From a virus (lineage: Duplodnaviria > Caudoviricetes): a stretch of DNA of 28,777 nucleotides. The first letter of the stretch is position 1. Every line of letters begins with the position of its first letter. The stretch is from positions 1-28,777 of the IMG/VR virus record IMGVR_UViG_3300032232_001306, one strand, 5' to 3'. The notes beneath the pieces were generated by a model. That model was not told the origin of the DNA. It did not search any database and saw nothing but the letters and a program-made list of their open reading frames with translations. Shown here one piece after another: positions 6,996-15,408 of this stretch. Position numbers and translations under genes: made by a program.

Positions 6996-9731
6996 ATAAA
7001 ATCACTTCTAATCAAATCTGGATTAGCAGGTTTGCTTTTAACTTTATGGATGTTATTCTTTCCAGCAGATTACGCACATGCTGATCAAGTTCCAGCGCCC
7101 TCAGAGCAGGTTGTTGTAAGCCCTGCACAGCAGGCGGTAAATACAGCCATTGCAACTGCAACAGTAGAAGTAGCCCAAGCAGCACAGGCCTCAGATACAG
7201 CAACAGCAACTATTGCGACTGCAGTACAGGCAGTAACAACATCTAACACAGCCGTAACAGCAGCAAATACAGCAGTTGCAGCAGCAACCAGTGCGGTTGC
7301 AGAAGTATCAAATGTGTCCACAGCGGTAGAGACAGCAACAGCAGTTACCCAGACAGTTACTCAAACAGTCATTGGCGTTACTCAAGCAGTAGCAGCAATT
7401 CCAGTAAGTGCTACAACTCAAACACCAGAAGTTGTTGCAGCCCAAACTGCCGTCACGGCAGCAACTCCCGTAGTTGAGTCCGCAACTGCAACAGTTATAG
7501 CAACAGCAACCCCTTTGATGACAGAAACTCCAACTACCGTCACTCAAGTAGCCACCGCAATTGCAACAGAAGTAGCACAGGCTGCAACAGCCTCTACTGC
7601 AATACAGGCAGCACAGGCAACAATAGATACCGCAACTGCCACAGTGGCAACGGCAACCACGGCGGTATCAGCAGTAACTCCTGCACGGACAGAGGCACAA
7701 ACACAATTAACCCAGGCAAACGTAGCAATTAATAATGCTCAAGATGCAGTCAATGCCCTTGCTGCAACTATTGGTACAACCACAAATGTTTTATCTAATA
7801 TAGATGATGCTGGTGTTCGCATGAATCTTCCATTTAATTTACAGATGGGCGGAGTCACATATAATAATGTTTTTGTAGGATCTAATGCGACAATCACCTT
7901 TGGAGTAAATGAGGGTGCAAATTATTATTCTACACCTAATGCACCTTCCATTTCTATAGCAGGGTATGACTGGACTACTTGGAGTAATGGATCTGGAATT
8001 ACATACTCAACAACTACCAATACACTTAGCGTTGCTTGGGATCTTAGAGTTTATCCTTTGCAAACAGCAGAAACACAAATGACTCAAGTTAGATTTAATG
8101 CGGATGTTAATCCTTCAGATGGTGCCTGGCAGGCAGATGTAAGCGTGACTGGACCAATCCCAAATGGTGCTAGATTTAACGTAAGAGAGACTACAAATGG
8201 TCCCGTAACAAATATTAGTAATACAAGCACTACTACGGGATTTACTGGAACAATTAGTCAAGGCGCTGCATTTACTCCTACTCCTGATCCAGATAATGCA
8301 ACAGTATTGGCAGCAATTGATACAGCAAATGCACAAATTGCTACATTAAACTCAGCAGTTACGGCAATTGTTGCAACAAATACAGCAAATACAAATACAG
8401 TAATTGCTCCTATTGCAACAGTTTCACAAAATACTGTGACTGCATTAGCAACAGCAGATACAACATTAACTGCAAAAGTAGCAGATCTTGCAATTGTTTC
8501 TACAGCAGTAGAAAAAGTAACTACTGCACCTGCAATAATTGCAGAGGCACAAACGGTAATTAGTGCAATTCCTGCGCCTGCGCCAGCACCTACACCTGTA
8601 ACAGTTGAACCACCTGCATTGGTTGAGCCACCCGTAGTTGTTTCACCTGTAGACACAACCCCTGTAGACACCACACCTGTAGACACAACCCCTGTAGACA
8701 CAACCCCTGTAGACACCACACCTGTAGACACAACCCCTGTAGACACAACCCCTGTAGAGACAGAACCTGTGGATACCACACCCGTAGAGACAGAGCCAGT
8801 TGATACAGAACCTATAGAAACAGAACCTATAGATACCATACCTGTTGAAACAGAACCTATAGACACTACTCCTGTAGACACAGAGCCTATAGACACAGAG
8901 CCTGTTGAAACAGAACCTGTGGATACAGAACCAGTAGACGTTGAACCAGTTGATACAGAACCTGTGACGGGATCAGAAGAAGAAGTAAACAATACGGTTG
9001 ATGAAGCATTATTAGACGGGGAAATAGATAGCACAGAAGTAGAAGCAATTGCAGAGTCTATGGCAGCAGATGGAGAAATAGATGCAAAAGAAACTGATCA
9101 ATTAATTGAGGCATTATCAGAAGATGGTAAAGTTTCAGTAGCAGACCAAGAGGCTGTACTTGAAGCACTTGCTTCAGATGGAGAAGTATCAAAAGAAGAT
9201 GTTGTAGCAATTGTTGCTCTGGCTAATTCAGATGGTAAATTATCTGAAGCAGAAAAAGATATTGTTGCTGATGCTTTAGTTCAATCAGTCCCAGAAGGTG
9301 AAAATCTTACTAAAGAACAGGTGGCAGAGGCTGGAATTAAATTAGCAGACTTACCACCACAAACACCAGTTGATGTTCGTACATCTGAAAATGGTGAAGC
9401 AGTTGTTATTACAGCAGAAGTTGCAGTTCAGGTTGAATTAGTATCAGACCCTGCAGCATTTGCAGCAGAATTATTTAATGACCCAGGTGCAGCATTAGAA
9501 GCATTGGGTAGCATAGGTGCAGATATGACACCAGGAGAAAGAAAAGAAGCAACTGAAATGGTTGTTGCAACAGTTGTCGCAGCAGGTGCAGCCTTAAATG
9601 CTGTCGGTGCTGCAACAGGTTCCACTGGAGGATCTACAGGAGGCTCACACTCAGGCGGTGGGAATTCTGGCGGGTCAGGTGGAGGAGGAGCCTCTGGCGA
9701 TTCCAAGGGAATAAGGAGAAGAAGACCATGA
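6996..9731 (+). CDS. large secreted/surface protein: Ala/Thr stalk, NIDO-like domain, Pro/Thr pentapeptide repeats, acidic DG repeats, C-terminal anchor
   Basis: About 900-aa ORF with a signal peptide ending AHA; DD..LPF...Y..VFVGSN..ITF motif; start ambiguous (ATA 6996 or TTG 7032). Confidence 0.75.
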   Translation: MKSLLIKSGLAGLLLTLWMLFFPADYAHADQVPAPSEQVVVSPAQQAVNTAIATATVEVAQAAQASDTATATIATAVQAVTTSNTAVTAANTAVAAATSAVAEVSNVSTAVETATAVTQTVTQTVIGVTQAVAAIPVSATTQTPEVVAAQTAVTAATPVVESATATVIATATPLMTETPTTVTQVATAIATEVAQAATASTAIQAAQATIDTATATVATATTAVSAVTPARTEAQTQLTQANVAINNAQDAVNALAATIGTTTNVLSNIDDAGVRMNLPFNLQMGGVTYNNVFVGSNATITFGVNEGANYYSTPNAPSISIAGYDWTTWSNGSGITYSTTTNTLSVAWDLRVYPLQTAETQMTQVRFNADVNPSDGAWQADVSVTGPIPNGARFNVRETTNGPVTNISNTSTTTGFTGTISQGAAFTPTPDPDNATVLAAIDTANAQIATLNSAVTAIVATNTANTNTVIAPIATVSQNTVTALATADTTLTAKVADLAIVSTAVEKVTTAPAIIAEAQTVISAIPAPAPAPTPVTVEPPALVEPPVVVSPVDTTPVDTTPVDTTPVDTTPVDTTPVDTTPVDTTPVETEPVDTTPVETEPVDTEPIETEPIDTIPVETEPIDTTPVDTEPIDTEPVETEPVDTEPVDVEPVDTEPVTGSEEEVNNTVDEALLDGEIDSTEVEAIAESMAADGEIDAKETDQLIEALSEDGKVSVADQEAVLEALASDGEVSKEDVVAIVALANSDGKLSEAEKDIVADALVQSVPEGENLTKEQVAEAGIKLADLPPQTPVDVRTSENGEAVVITAEVAVQVELVSDPAAFAAELFNDPGAALEALGSIGADMTPGERKEATEMVVATVVAAGAALNAVGAATGSTGGSTGGSHSGGGNSGGSGGGGASGDSKGIRRRRP
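8646..8960 (+). repeat. 21 x 15-bp coding tandem repeat (P-[VI]-[DE]-T-[TE])
   Basis: CCTGTAGACACAACC-type units; seven consecutive PVDTT units followed by diverged units. Confidence 0.95.
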
Positions 9732-9901
9732 TAAAGAAAATAATGCAAGATATGATAGATCAACTTTGGACACTTCTAGGTATGTTTATTGCCTGGGTAG
9801 TCCTTGATGGTTCTGCAAAGACGATAGTGGGGTATGCAATTATATGTACATTAATTGCATGGGCAGTCACATATCCGATCAGAAATAGAGATGATGAATA
9901 A
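9728..9901 (+). CDS. small 2-TM membrane protein (57 aa)
   Basis: MIKKIMQDMIDQLWTLLGMFIAWVVLDGSAKTIVGYAIICTLIAWAVTYPIRNRDDE; ATGA and TAATG overlaps on either side. Confidence 0.75.
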   Translation: MIKKIMQDMIDQLWTLLGMFIAWVVLDGSAKTIVGYAIICTLIAWAVTYPIRNRDDE

Positions 9902-10188
9902 TGGCAACTAAAAAAATAGCAGTAGAAGCACCCAAGAAAGAAAACTCACAGAAGGCGTTGACGAATATACTCATGAGAATTCTTGCGGTATTCGCAGCAT
10001 CAGGACTATCAGTCCTAGGAGCAGGCGCAGTAGTAGGAATAGATACAGTTCAGGCAGTATTCTTAGCAGGACTACTTGGTGTAGCCAGCGTAATTGAGAG
10101 GCTTGCAAGGGCTTTTTTAGACGATGGAAAACTATCACTTGCAGAAATAAATGACGCCTTTAAATCAGTAGATAAAAAGGCTAATTAG
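9901..10188 (+). CDS. 2-TM membrane protein, holin-like, with DDGKLSxxE motif
   Basis: Two hydrophobic helices and charged termini. Confidence 0.65.
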   Translation: MATKKIAVEAPKKENSQKALTNILMRILAVFAASGLSVLGAGAVVGIDTVQAVFLAGLLGVASVIERLARAFLDDGKLSLAEINDAFKSVDKKAN

Positions 10189-10195
10189 TCATTAA

Positions 10196-10224
10196 TTGAC
10201 AGCCCCTCTAGTTGGTGGTATACT
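10196..10224 (+). promoter_or_regulatory. consensus promoter TTGACA-N17-TATACT with TG
   Basis: TTGACA 10196-10201, TATACT 10219-10224. Confidence 0.75.
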
Positions 10225-10255
10225 TGTTATACTATCTATTAGAGGGGTTTTTCTC
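10201..10255 (+). terminator. 22-bp hairpin plus T-run, overlapping the promoter and RBS
   Basis: 10201-10222 pairs with 10228-10249 (one mismatch, several G-U pairs), followed by TTTCTC. Confidence 0.7.
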
Positions 10256-10256
10256 T

Positions 10257-11045
10257 GTGCAAACACAAATTGAAGACATTATTCAGCAAAACATTTTTAG
10301 AGAAAATATAGTTTTTGGGTCAATGCCAATAGGAGATCCCGCAGATATTAGCCTTAATGCTATTGAACATATAAATAAGGCAGATATTATTGTTGTTGAA
10401 AATCATAGACAGTTTAGCAGACTTATCAGTTGTTTAAACTATCTTCCAGTTAACTATAGGCCTAATATGAACCCACAAGCAACAATATATCAATATAATT
10501 TAGAATCAAATCCAGAAAGAGCAAATGAGGTCATGAATGAGATTGTCAAGATTGCTGGTAAAAATGTAAAAATTTTTATTGTATCTGATGAAGGATCGTC
10601 TGTATTTCTTGAGCCAATGTCAGAACTAAAGAGCAAACTTATGGATGCTGGATTTGGATATCAAGTTTTACCAGGACCAAATTCAGTTATTAGCGCAGTA
10701 GTAAATGGAAGGCATAACGTTCATGAGTTTTATTTTGCTGGTAACTTTGAGCACCTACCTAATAAAGAAAAAACATTTAAAGAAGTTCAATCACTTAGAA
10801 AGCCAACTGTTTTTATTTTAAGAGCCATAGGATTGCAAGGTTTTATTAATACTATTAGTCAAGAGTTTTCAGAATCTTGGGATGCAGATTTTCAAATGAA
10901 TCTTAGTATGGATACTGAAAAACATGTCTATGGAACATTTGACGAAATCAGGAACTTCGTGTATACTAATAATAGTCTCTGGGACTACGAAGAAGAAACA
11001 AAGAAAATTATAATTACACTTTATCCAAAGGAGTACAGATCGTGA
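10257..11045 (+). CDS. RsmI-like SAM-dependent methyltransferase (tetrapyrrole methylase fold)
   Basis: PIGDxxDIS, ADIIVVE, VSDEG...EP and LPGPNS motifs; GTG 10257 after GAGGGG preferred as start. Confidence 0.75.
   Translation: MQTQIEDIIQQNIFRENIVFGSMPIGDPADISLNAIEHINKADIIVVENHRQFSRLISCLNYLPVNYRPNMNPQATIYQYNLESNPERANEVMNEIVKIAGKNVKIFIVSDEGSSVFLEPMSELKSKLMDAGFGYQVLPGPNSVISAVVNGRHNVHEFYFAGNFEHLPNKEKTFKEVQSLRKPTVFILRAIGLQGFINTISQEFSESWDADFQMNLSMDTEKHVYGTFDEIRNFVYTNNSLWDYEEETKKIIITLYPKEYRS
10939..10967 (+). promoter_or_regulatory. internal promoter TTGACG-N17-TATACT
   Basis: Within the 3' end of the RsmI-like gene, about 75 nt before GTG 11042. Confidence 0.5.
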
Positions 11046-11566
11046 CAGTCATTGCTGTTGTAAAACATGAAGACAAGGTCTATATGGCAGGTGATCGTGG
11101 TGCTTCAGATGATGGGACTATTCTTGCTTTAGATGCTCCAAAAGTTTGGAAAATAGGTCCATACCTAATTGGTTATGCTGGCGCAATGGATGGAGAAAGA
11201 ATTCGATACAATTTTAAACCATCTGTACCAAACATACGTGATACAGATAAATTTATGCAAACAAAGTTTATTAAAGAACTTCGTGAGTTTTATAATGAAT
11301 TTTGGGTTGACACATCAAAAGATGGTGACCTTGGCCTAATCATTGCCGTACGTGGAGAGATATATGAACATAGTTCAGCAGACATGTCTTTATCTAAATA
11401 TATTCTTCCATACCTAGCGATGGGCTCAGGAGCGGAATATGCCTATGGAGTTTTATATGCAACAGACAAGCAAAAGAACGCAAGAAATAGAGTTGTACAA
11501 GCAGTAAATGCTGCAATTAAGTTTAACCCATCATGCATGGGTCCAGTAGATGTAATTAGTGCATAG
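11042..11566 (+). CDS. HslV/proteasome-beta-like Ntn (Thr) protease
   Basis: N-terminal Thr after Met, AGD, PKV, IGYAG and AMGSG motifs. Confidence 0.8.
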   Translation: MTVIAVVKHEDKVYMAGDRGASDDGTILALDAPKVWKIGPYLIGYAGAMDGERIRYNFKPSVPNIRDTDKFMQTKFIKELREFYNEFWVDTSKDGDLGLIIAVRGEIYEHSSADMSLSKYILPYLAMGSGAEYAYGVLYATDKQKNARNRVVQAVNAAIKFNPSCMGPVDVISA

Positions 11567-11575
11567 GAGATACTA

Positions 11576-11791
11576 ATGGATTTTGATGAGATACTAGGTG
11601 AAATTCAAGATGAAGAATCTAATTGGAAAGAGTTTGAAATTTGGATTCAAAACGGAATAGATAGAGGTTGGATAACAGAGCCATTTTGTAATACTCATGA
11701 AGGAGACCCATATATGACTGAAGAAGAGTCTCAGGAGTGGGAAGATGGCGGAGATCCTTGCATGGTAGTATTTAAAGTAATCGAGCAGTAA
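11576..11791 (+). CDS. acidic hypothetical protein (FCNTH...DPC)
   Basis: AGGAG RBS; 71 aa. Confidence 0.7.
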   Translation: MDFDEILGEIQDEESNWKEFEIWIQNGIDRGWITEPFCNTHEGDPYMTEEESQEWEDGGDPCMVVFKVIEQ

Positions 11792-12460
11792 TTGGCTGAT
11801 AAACCAGATATTTTGCATAGGCAAAACGAATACAATTTTAATATCTGGTATGATACAGAAGATCCAATATTTTCAGAAATATCTACCAAGTCTAGACTAA
11901 CTCAAAGATGGGTTAGGTATGAGGAAGTTTTAAAAGGTAAATATAAAAATTCACTGATTAAGCCTATTAACCATTATGTAGAAGGATTGTATCCACCACC
12001 AGTATTGATGTCTATTGATGACGATATTGTTACACTTCAGCAAAGAAATCATGCAGAGTTCTTTTTGCTTGAGACTGGAGATAGGTTTAAAAGTATTGAT
12101 AGACCATGGATGAGACAATACTATAAGACAAAAGAGCAATTTCGATATGATGACTGCTTTCCAAGGACCTTTGTGTTTTATACACCATGGATTATTGACG
12201 AAGATGTTGAGGTTTTTTATACTAGACCAGAAGAATCTCCATTTTTTATACAAGAAAGATCATTTTTGAGAAACAGGATAGACCCTTTATCTATGTACGT
12301 AGAGCCCAACTTCGTGCCATTTAACTTTAAAAGGGTTGGCACTCATATGGTAGATGATAAATATGGGAAGATTAAACGAAATCAGCCAATGTTTAATATT
12401 TCTTTTAAAGCAGATGATATAATGATGAAGAGAGTAAAGGAATTCTATGAACAAGATTAA
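11792..12460 (+). CDS. hypothetical protein, possibly distantly related to the two downstream genes
   Basis: 222-aa ORF with TTG start abutting the upstream stop; 'F..PW.I' and 'GKIKRNQPMF' segments. Confidence 0.6.
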   Translation: MADKPDILHRQNEYNFNIWYDTEDPIFSEISTKSRLTQRWVRYEEVLKGKYKNSLIKPINHYVEGLYPPPVLMSIDDDIVTLQQRNHAEFFLLETGDRFKSIDRPWMRQYYKTKEQFRYDDCFPRTFVFYTPWIIDEDVEVFYTRPEESPFFIQERSFLRNRIDPLSMYVEPNFVPFNFKRVGTHMVDDKYGKIKRNQPMFNISFKADDIMMKRVKEFYEQD

Positions 12461-13169
12461 ATTTTATCCGTTTAGCGAAAAGACTAAACAGTTTGCACCA
12501 GCCCCAACTCCTGCTAGTAAAGCAGTCCCAGATTGGTATCGAAAGCAACCAGGATCAATCGATGAAGAGACTCAGTTGGCAAAGGGAAATCTATCTTCAA
12601 CAATTAAAAGATGTATGCCAATATTTGATTATATGACTGCTGGATATATCATATATGTTCCATGTGATATATATATTGATGCAACAAATCCAGAAAAGAT
12701 ATCTTGGTCAGTACCACTTACACTAAAACAATTTGCAAGTGATATGATTGCTTCGCATGCCCCAGAGCAATATGATCATTACCCAATTGACAAGGACATA
12801 TATCACAAAGAACTATTTAGAATTATGCCGTTCTGGGCTGTAGGTACAGAAGAGGGAACCAGTTCTTTATTTATGCAACCAGTACACAAAGACGACCTTC
12901 CATTTTTAGCAATAGGTGGGATGATTGATACTGATAAATTTATTTCAGATGGACACTTATCATTCTTAATTAAGAAAAACTTTAAGGGAATATTAAAGCA
13001 AGGCACACCTCTTGTACAGGTAATACCAATTAAAAGAGAGGACTGGGCAATGGAATTAGTAGACGCAAAAGAGTCTAGTGCAGACCTATCTAAGCAAAGA
13101 TTAAATGTTCGAAGTGCTTTTGTTAATGCTTATAAGAACAAGTTTAGACAAAAGAAAGAATATAAGTAG
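12447..13169 (+). CDS. conserved phage protein (DUF6065-like), paralog A
   Basis: P.PA...P.WY, K.C.P..D...AGY, G.IDTD, GTP..Q.IP.KR..W. Confidence 0.65.
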   Translation: MNKIKFYPFSEKTKQFAPAPTPASKAVPDWYRKQPGSIDEETQLAKGNLSSTIKRCMPIFDYMTAGYIIYVPCDIYIDATNPEKISWSVPLTLKQFASDMIASHAPEQYDHYPIDKDIYHKELFRIMPFWAVGTEEGTSSLFMQPVHKDDLPFLAIGGMIDTDKFISDGHLSFLIKKNFKGILKQGTPLVQVIPIKREDWAMELVDAKESSADLSKQRLNVRSAFVNAYKNKFRQKKEYK

Positions 13170-13927
13170 TGGATCCATTAGAAATTAAATTTACTCCAGG
13201 TTTTATTGGGCATGATGGAATACTTACTGCCCCAGTTCCTGGTATTAGGCTTGTTCCAGAATGGTACAAGTCATTATCTAAATTTGATAAATCAAATGAT
13301 GATATAACTTTAGGAATTAATAACAATGTAGGCGCAGATGGAGCGCAAGTATCTACAAAAATGTGTGCACCGTTTTTAGATGCAATGACAGCAGGTTACC
13401 AGTACGTATTGGAGGATGATATATATGTTGATTTAGACTCTAACGGAAAGCCAACAGTCTCTTGGAATGGAAATGTTATGATGGTTGACAAAAGACCAAT
13501 AACTGACATAGTAGTGCCAGATAATTGCCATCCAATCCACTATGGATGGAGAATGAACTGGTATTATGAAACACCTCCAGGATATTCAGTATTGATTACT
13601 CATCCAATGAATAGATTTGATCTTCCATTTTATACAATGTCTGGGATAGTTGAGTCAGATATCTGGGGGCTTCCAGTTTTTACAGCATTCTTTTTAAAGA
13701 AAAACTTTATTGGAAAAATTGAAAAAGGTACTCCAATATTTCAAATGATTCCTTTTAAAAGAGATAACTGGGAGCGTGTTATAGAGGAAAATGATCGTGA
13801 TTTAGATAGACATGAACTTGCAGCAGAAAATAGAAGATCAAGGCTCTACGGATATTATAAAGAAACTGCCTGGAGAAGAAAAATTTTTGGCACAAAAGAT
13901 AAGCCAACAGGAGAAGATTATGAGTAG
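13169..13927 (+). CDS. conserved phage protein (DUF6065-like), paralog B
   Basis: Same motifs as the upstream gene (PEWYK, KMCAPFLDAMTAGY, GTPIFQMIPFKRDNW). Confidence 0.65.
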   Translation: MDPLEIKFTPGFIGHDGILTAPVPGIRLVPEWYKSLSKFDKSNDDITLGINNNVGADGAQVSTKMCAPFLDAMTAGYQYVLEDDIYVDLDSNGKPTVSWNGNVMMVDKRPITDIVVPDNCHPIHYGWRMNWYYETPPGYSVLITHPMNRFDLPFYTMSGIVESDIWGLPVFTAFFLKKNFIGKIEKGTPIFQMIPFKRDNWERVIEENDRDLDRHELAAENRRSRLYGYYKETAWRRKIFGTKDKPTGEDYE

Positions 13928-14789
13928 TATAAATGTATATATTTATTCATATAAAAGTAAAGCATTAAAAGATGTTGTTGATAATCTAATTGCTAATAAA
14001 TCTGGCAAACATTCTATCTCAATCACCATATCAGATCAAAATCCAATAGATAGGTCTGCAACATTTAGAAAAGATTCTGGAGTAGATTTTTATCAGCATA
14101 TTTTTTGGGACTGGATCTATGGTCCAGCAGTATACAAAGCAAGGGTAATACACAACAACATGTCTGACTACATGTTAATAATTTCAGATGACGTAATGCT
14201 TAGTAAAGACTGGGATTCAAATCTTGTAGATTTTGTTGGCGATAAAGATATTGTTGTCTCTGGAAACTATAGGCCAGAACTGGAAATAGATAAACTATTT
14301 TTTATTAAAAAAATTAAGCATTTTGAAAATGAATATGTTAAAACAAATATGATAGATAGAAATCTACTGTTTGCAAATAAGAAGATAGTTTGGAAATTAA
14401 GATACCCAGAATACTTAAAGTACCATGGGGAAGAAGAGTCGCTTTCTATAGGTCTATTTTGTATGGGTTTTGATATTTATTCTGCACCAGAGTCTTTATA
14501 TAGGGATATGAACGTTAGGACTATTGAAAATACTTATGCTCCATTTTCATTGCTTCATAATTATAATTTAGCCGTTGACCTCATAACTACTGGTAAAAAT
14601 AGATATACGGATACAAAACTTATAGGGGATAGAAAAATACAAGAGTTTTATGATTTTTTTGATTTTGATTTTAAAAAACTTAAAAGGTTACCTTTTATTA
14701 AGGATGATGTTCTTTATGACCCAGAAAGCCTTGCAATGAATAAAATATCAGCAGAAAGATATGTAGCCACCACTAAAGCAATACGCTAG
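13920..14789 (+). CDS. GT-A glycosyltransferase, GT60/GT2-like
   Basis: IYSYK, YMLIISDDVMLSKDWD, and YHGEEESLS...GFDIYSAP; ATG 13920 preferred over 13812. Confidence 0.6.
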   Translation: MSSINVYIYSYKSKALKDVVDNLIANKSGKHSISITISDQNPIDRSATFRKDSGVDFYQHIFWDWIYGPAVYKARVIHNNMSDYMLIISDDVMLSKDWDSNLVDFVGDKDIVVSGNYRPELEIDKLFFIKKIKHFENEYVKTNMIDRNLLFANKKIVWKLRYPEYLKYHGEEESLSIGLFCMGFDIYSAPESLYRDMNVRTIENTYAPFSLLHNYNLAVDLITTGKNRYTDTKLIGDRKIQEFYDFFDFDFKKLKRLPFIKDDVLYDPESLAMNKISAERYVATTKAIR

Positions 14790-14798
14790 TGGTATAAT
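14790..14798 (+). promoter_or_regulatory. extended -10 promoter TGgTATAAT
   Basis: Intergenic, ahead of the GGGGG RBS and ATG 14815. Confidence 0.65.
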
Positions 14799-14814
14799 TA
14801 ACATAGGGGGAAAA

Positions 14815-15408
14815 ATGCATAGAATAACAGTAATAGAAAACTTTATATCACCAGAAGATGCTAAGACATTAATTGATGAACAGTTAAATCCATCAGAGGT
14901 AAACGAATACCCTAAATATTACAGTAAAAGATTTGGCGGAACATCCTTGCCATATAATAAAACAGTTCAGGATATTATGATTAAGTACGGTCATAAAGCA
15001 AATCAGATGCATAAAGATTTGATGGGTTTTAAAAATGACATCTATGTATTTAAAGCATTTGGATCTCACTGGGCAACTGGAACAAAAGGTGACCTACATA
15101 TTGATGCACAGGGACCAGAGCCATGGATCGAGTTTAGCACAATTATGTATCTTAACCATGAATCAGAATATGATGGTGGAAAAATTTATTTCCCAAATCA
15201 AGAATTTGAATATCAGCCAAAGCAGTACTCTGCTGTATTTTTCCCTGGAGCAGGAACTGAATATATTCATGGTATAACAAGAGTTACTCGTGGAGACAGG
15301 TATACTGGACTATATATGCATACAAGCCTTCCACAACACGTAGACCCAGAATTCCATCCTGGTAAAAATGAATGGAAAGCAAAGGACTACCCACTTGTTA
15401 AACTATGA
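14815..15408 (+). CDS. prolyl-4-hydroxylase-like 2OG-Fe(II) oxygenase
   Basis: HID, 'STIMYLN..YDGG..YF', H and R (IHGITRVTRGDRY). Confidence 0.85.
   Translation: MHRITVIENFISPEDAKTLIDEQLNPSEVNEYPKYYSKRFGGTSLPYNKTVQDIMIKYGHKANQMHKDLMGFKNDIYVFKAFGSHWATGTKGDLHIDAQGPEPWIEFSTIMYLNHESEYDGGKIYFPNQEFEYQPKQYSAVFFPGAGTEYIHGITRVTRGDRYTGLYMHTSLPQHVDPEFHPGKNEWKAKDYPLVKL

Noticed and set aside
8646-8960. Tandem repeat as a CRISPR array or origin iterons
   Set aside because: No spacers; in-frame 15-bp units with synonymous variation inside a CDS
5826-9763. Long antisense ORFs (6273-6899, 8258-9034, 9428-9763 and others)
   Set aside because: Shadows of low-complexity GCA/ACA/GTA codons on the + strand; no RBS or family motifs
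13812-13919. Long-overlap upstream starts from the ORF track (13812, 3467, 19316, 20964, 21188, 26695)
   Set aside because: Downstream ATGs that overlap or lie close to the preceding stop codon give more plausible starts
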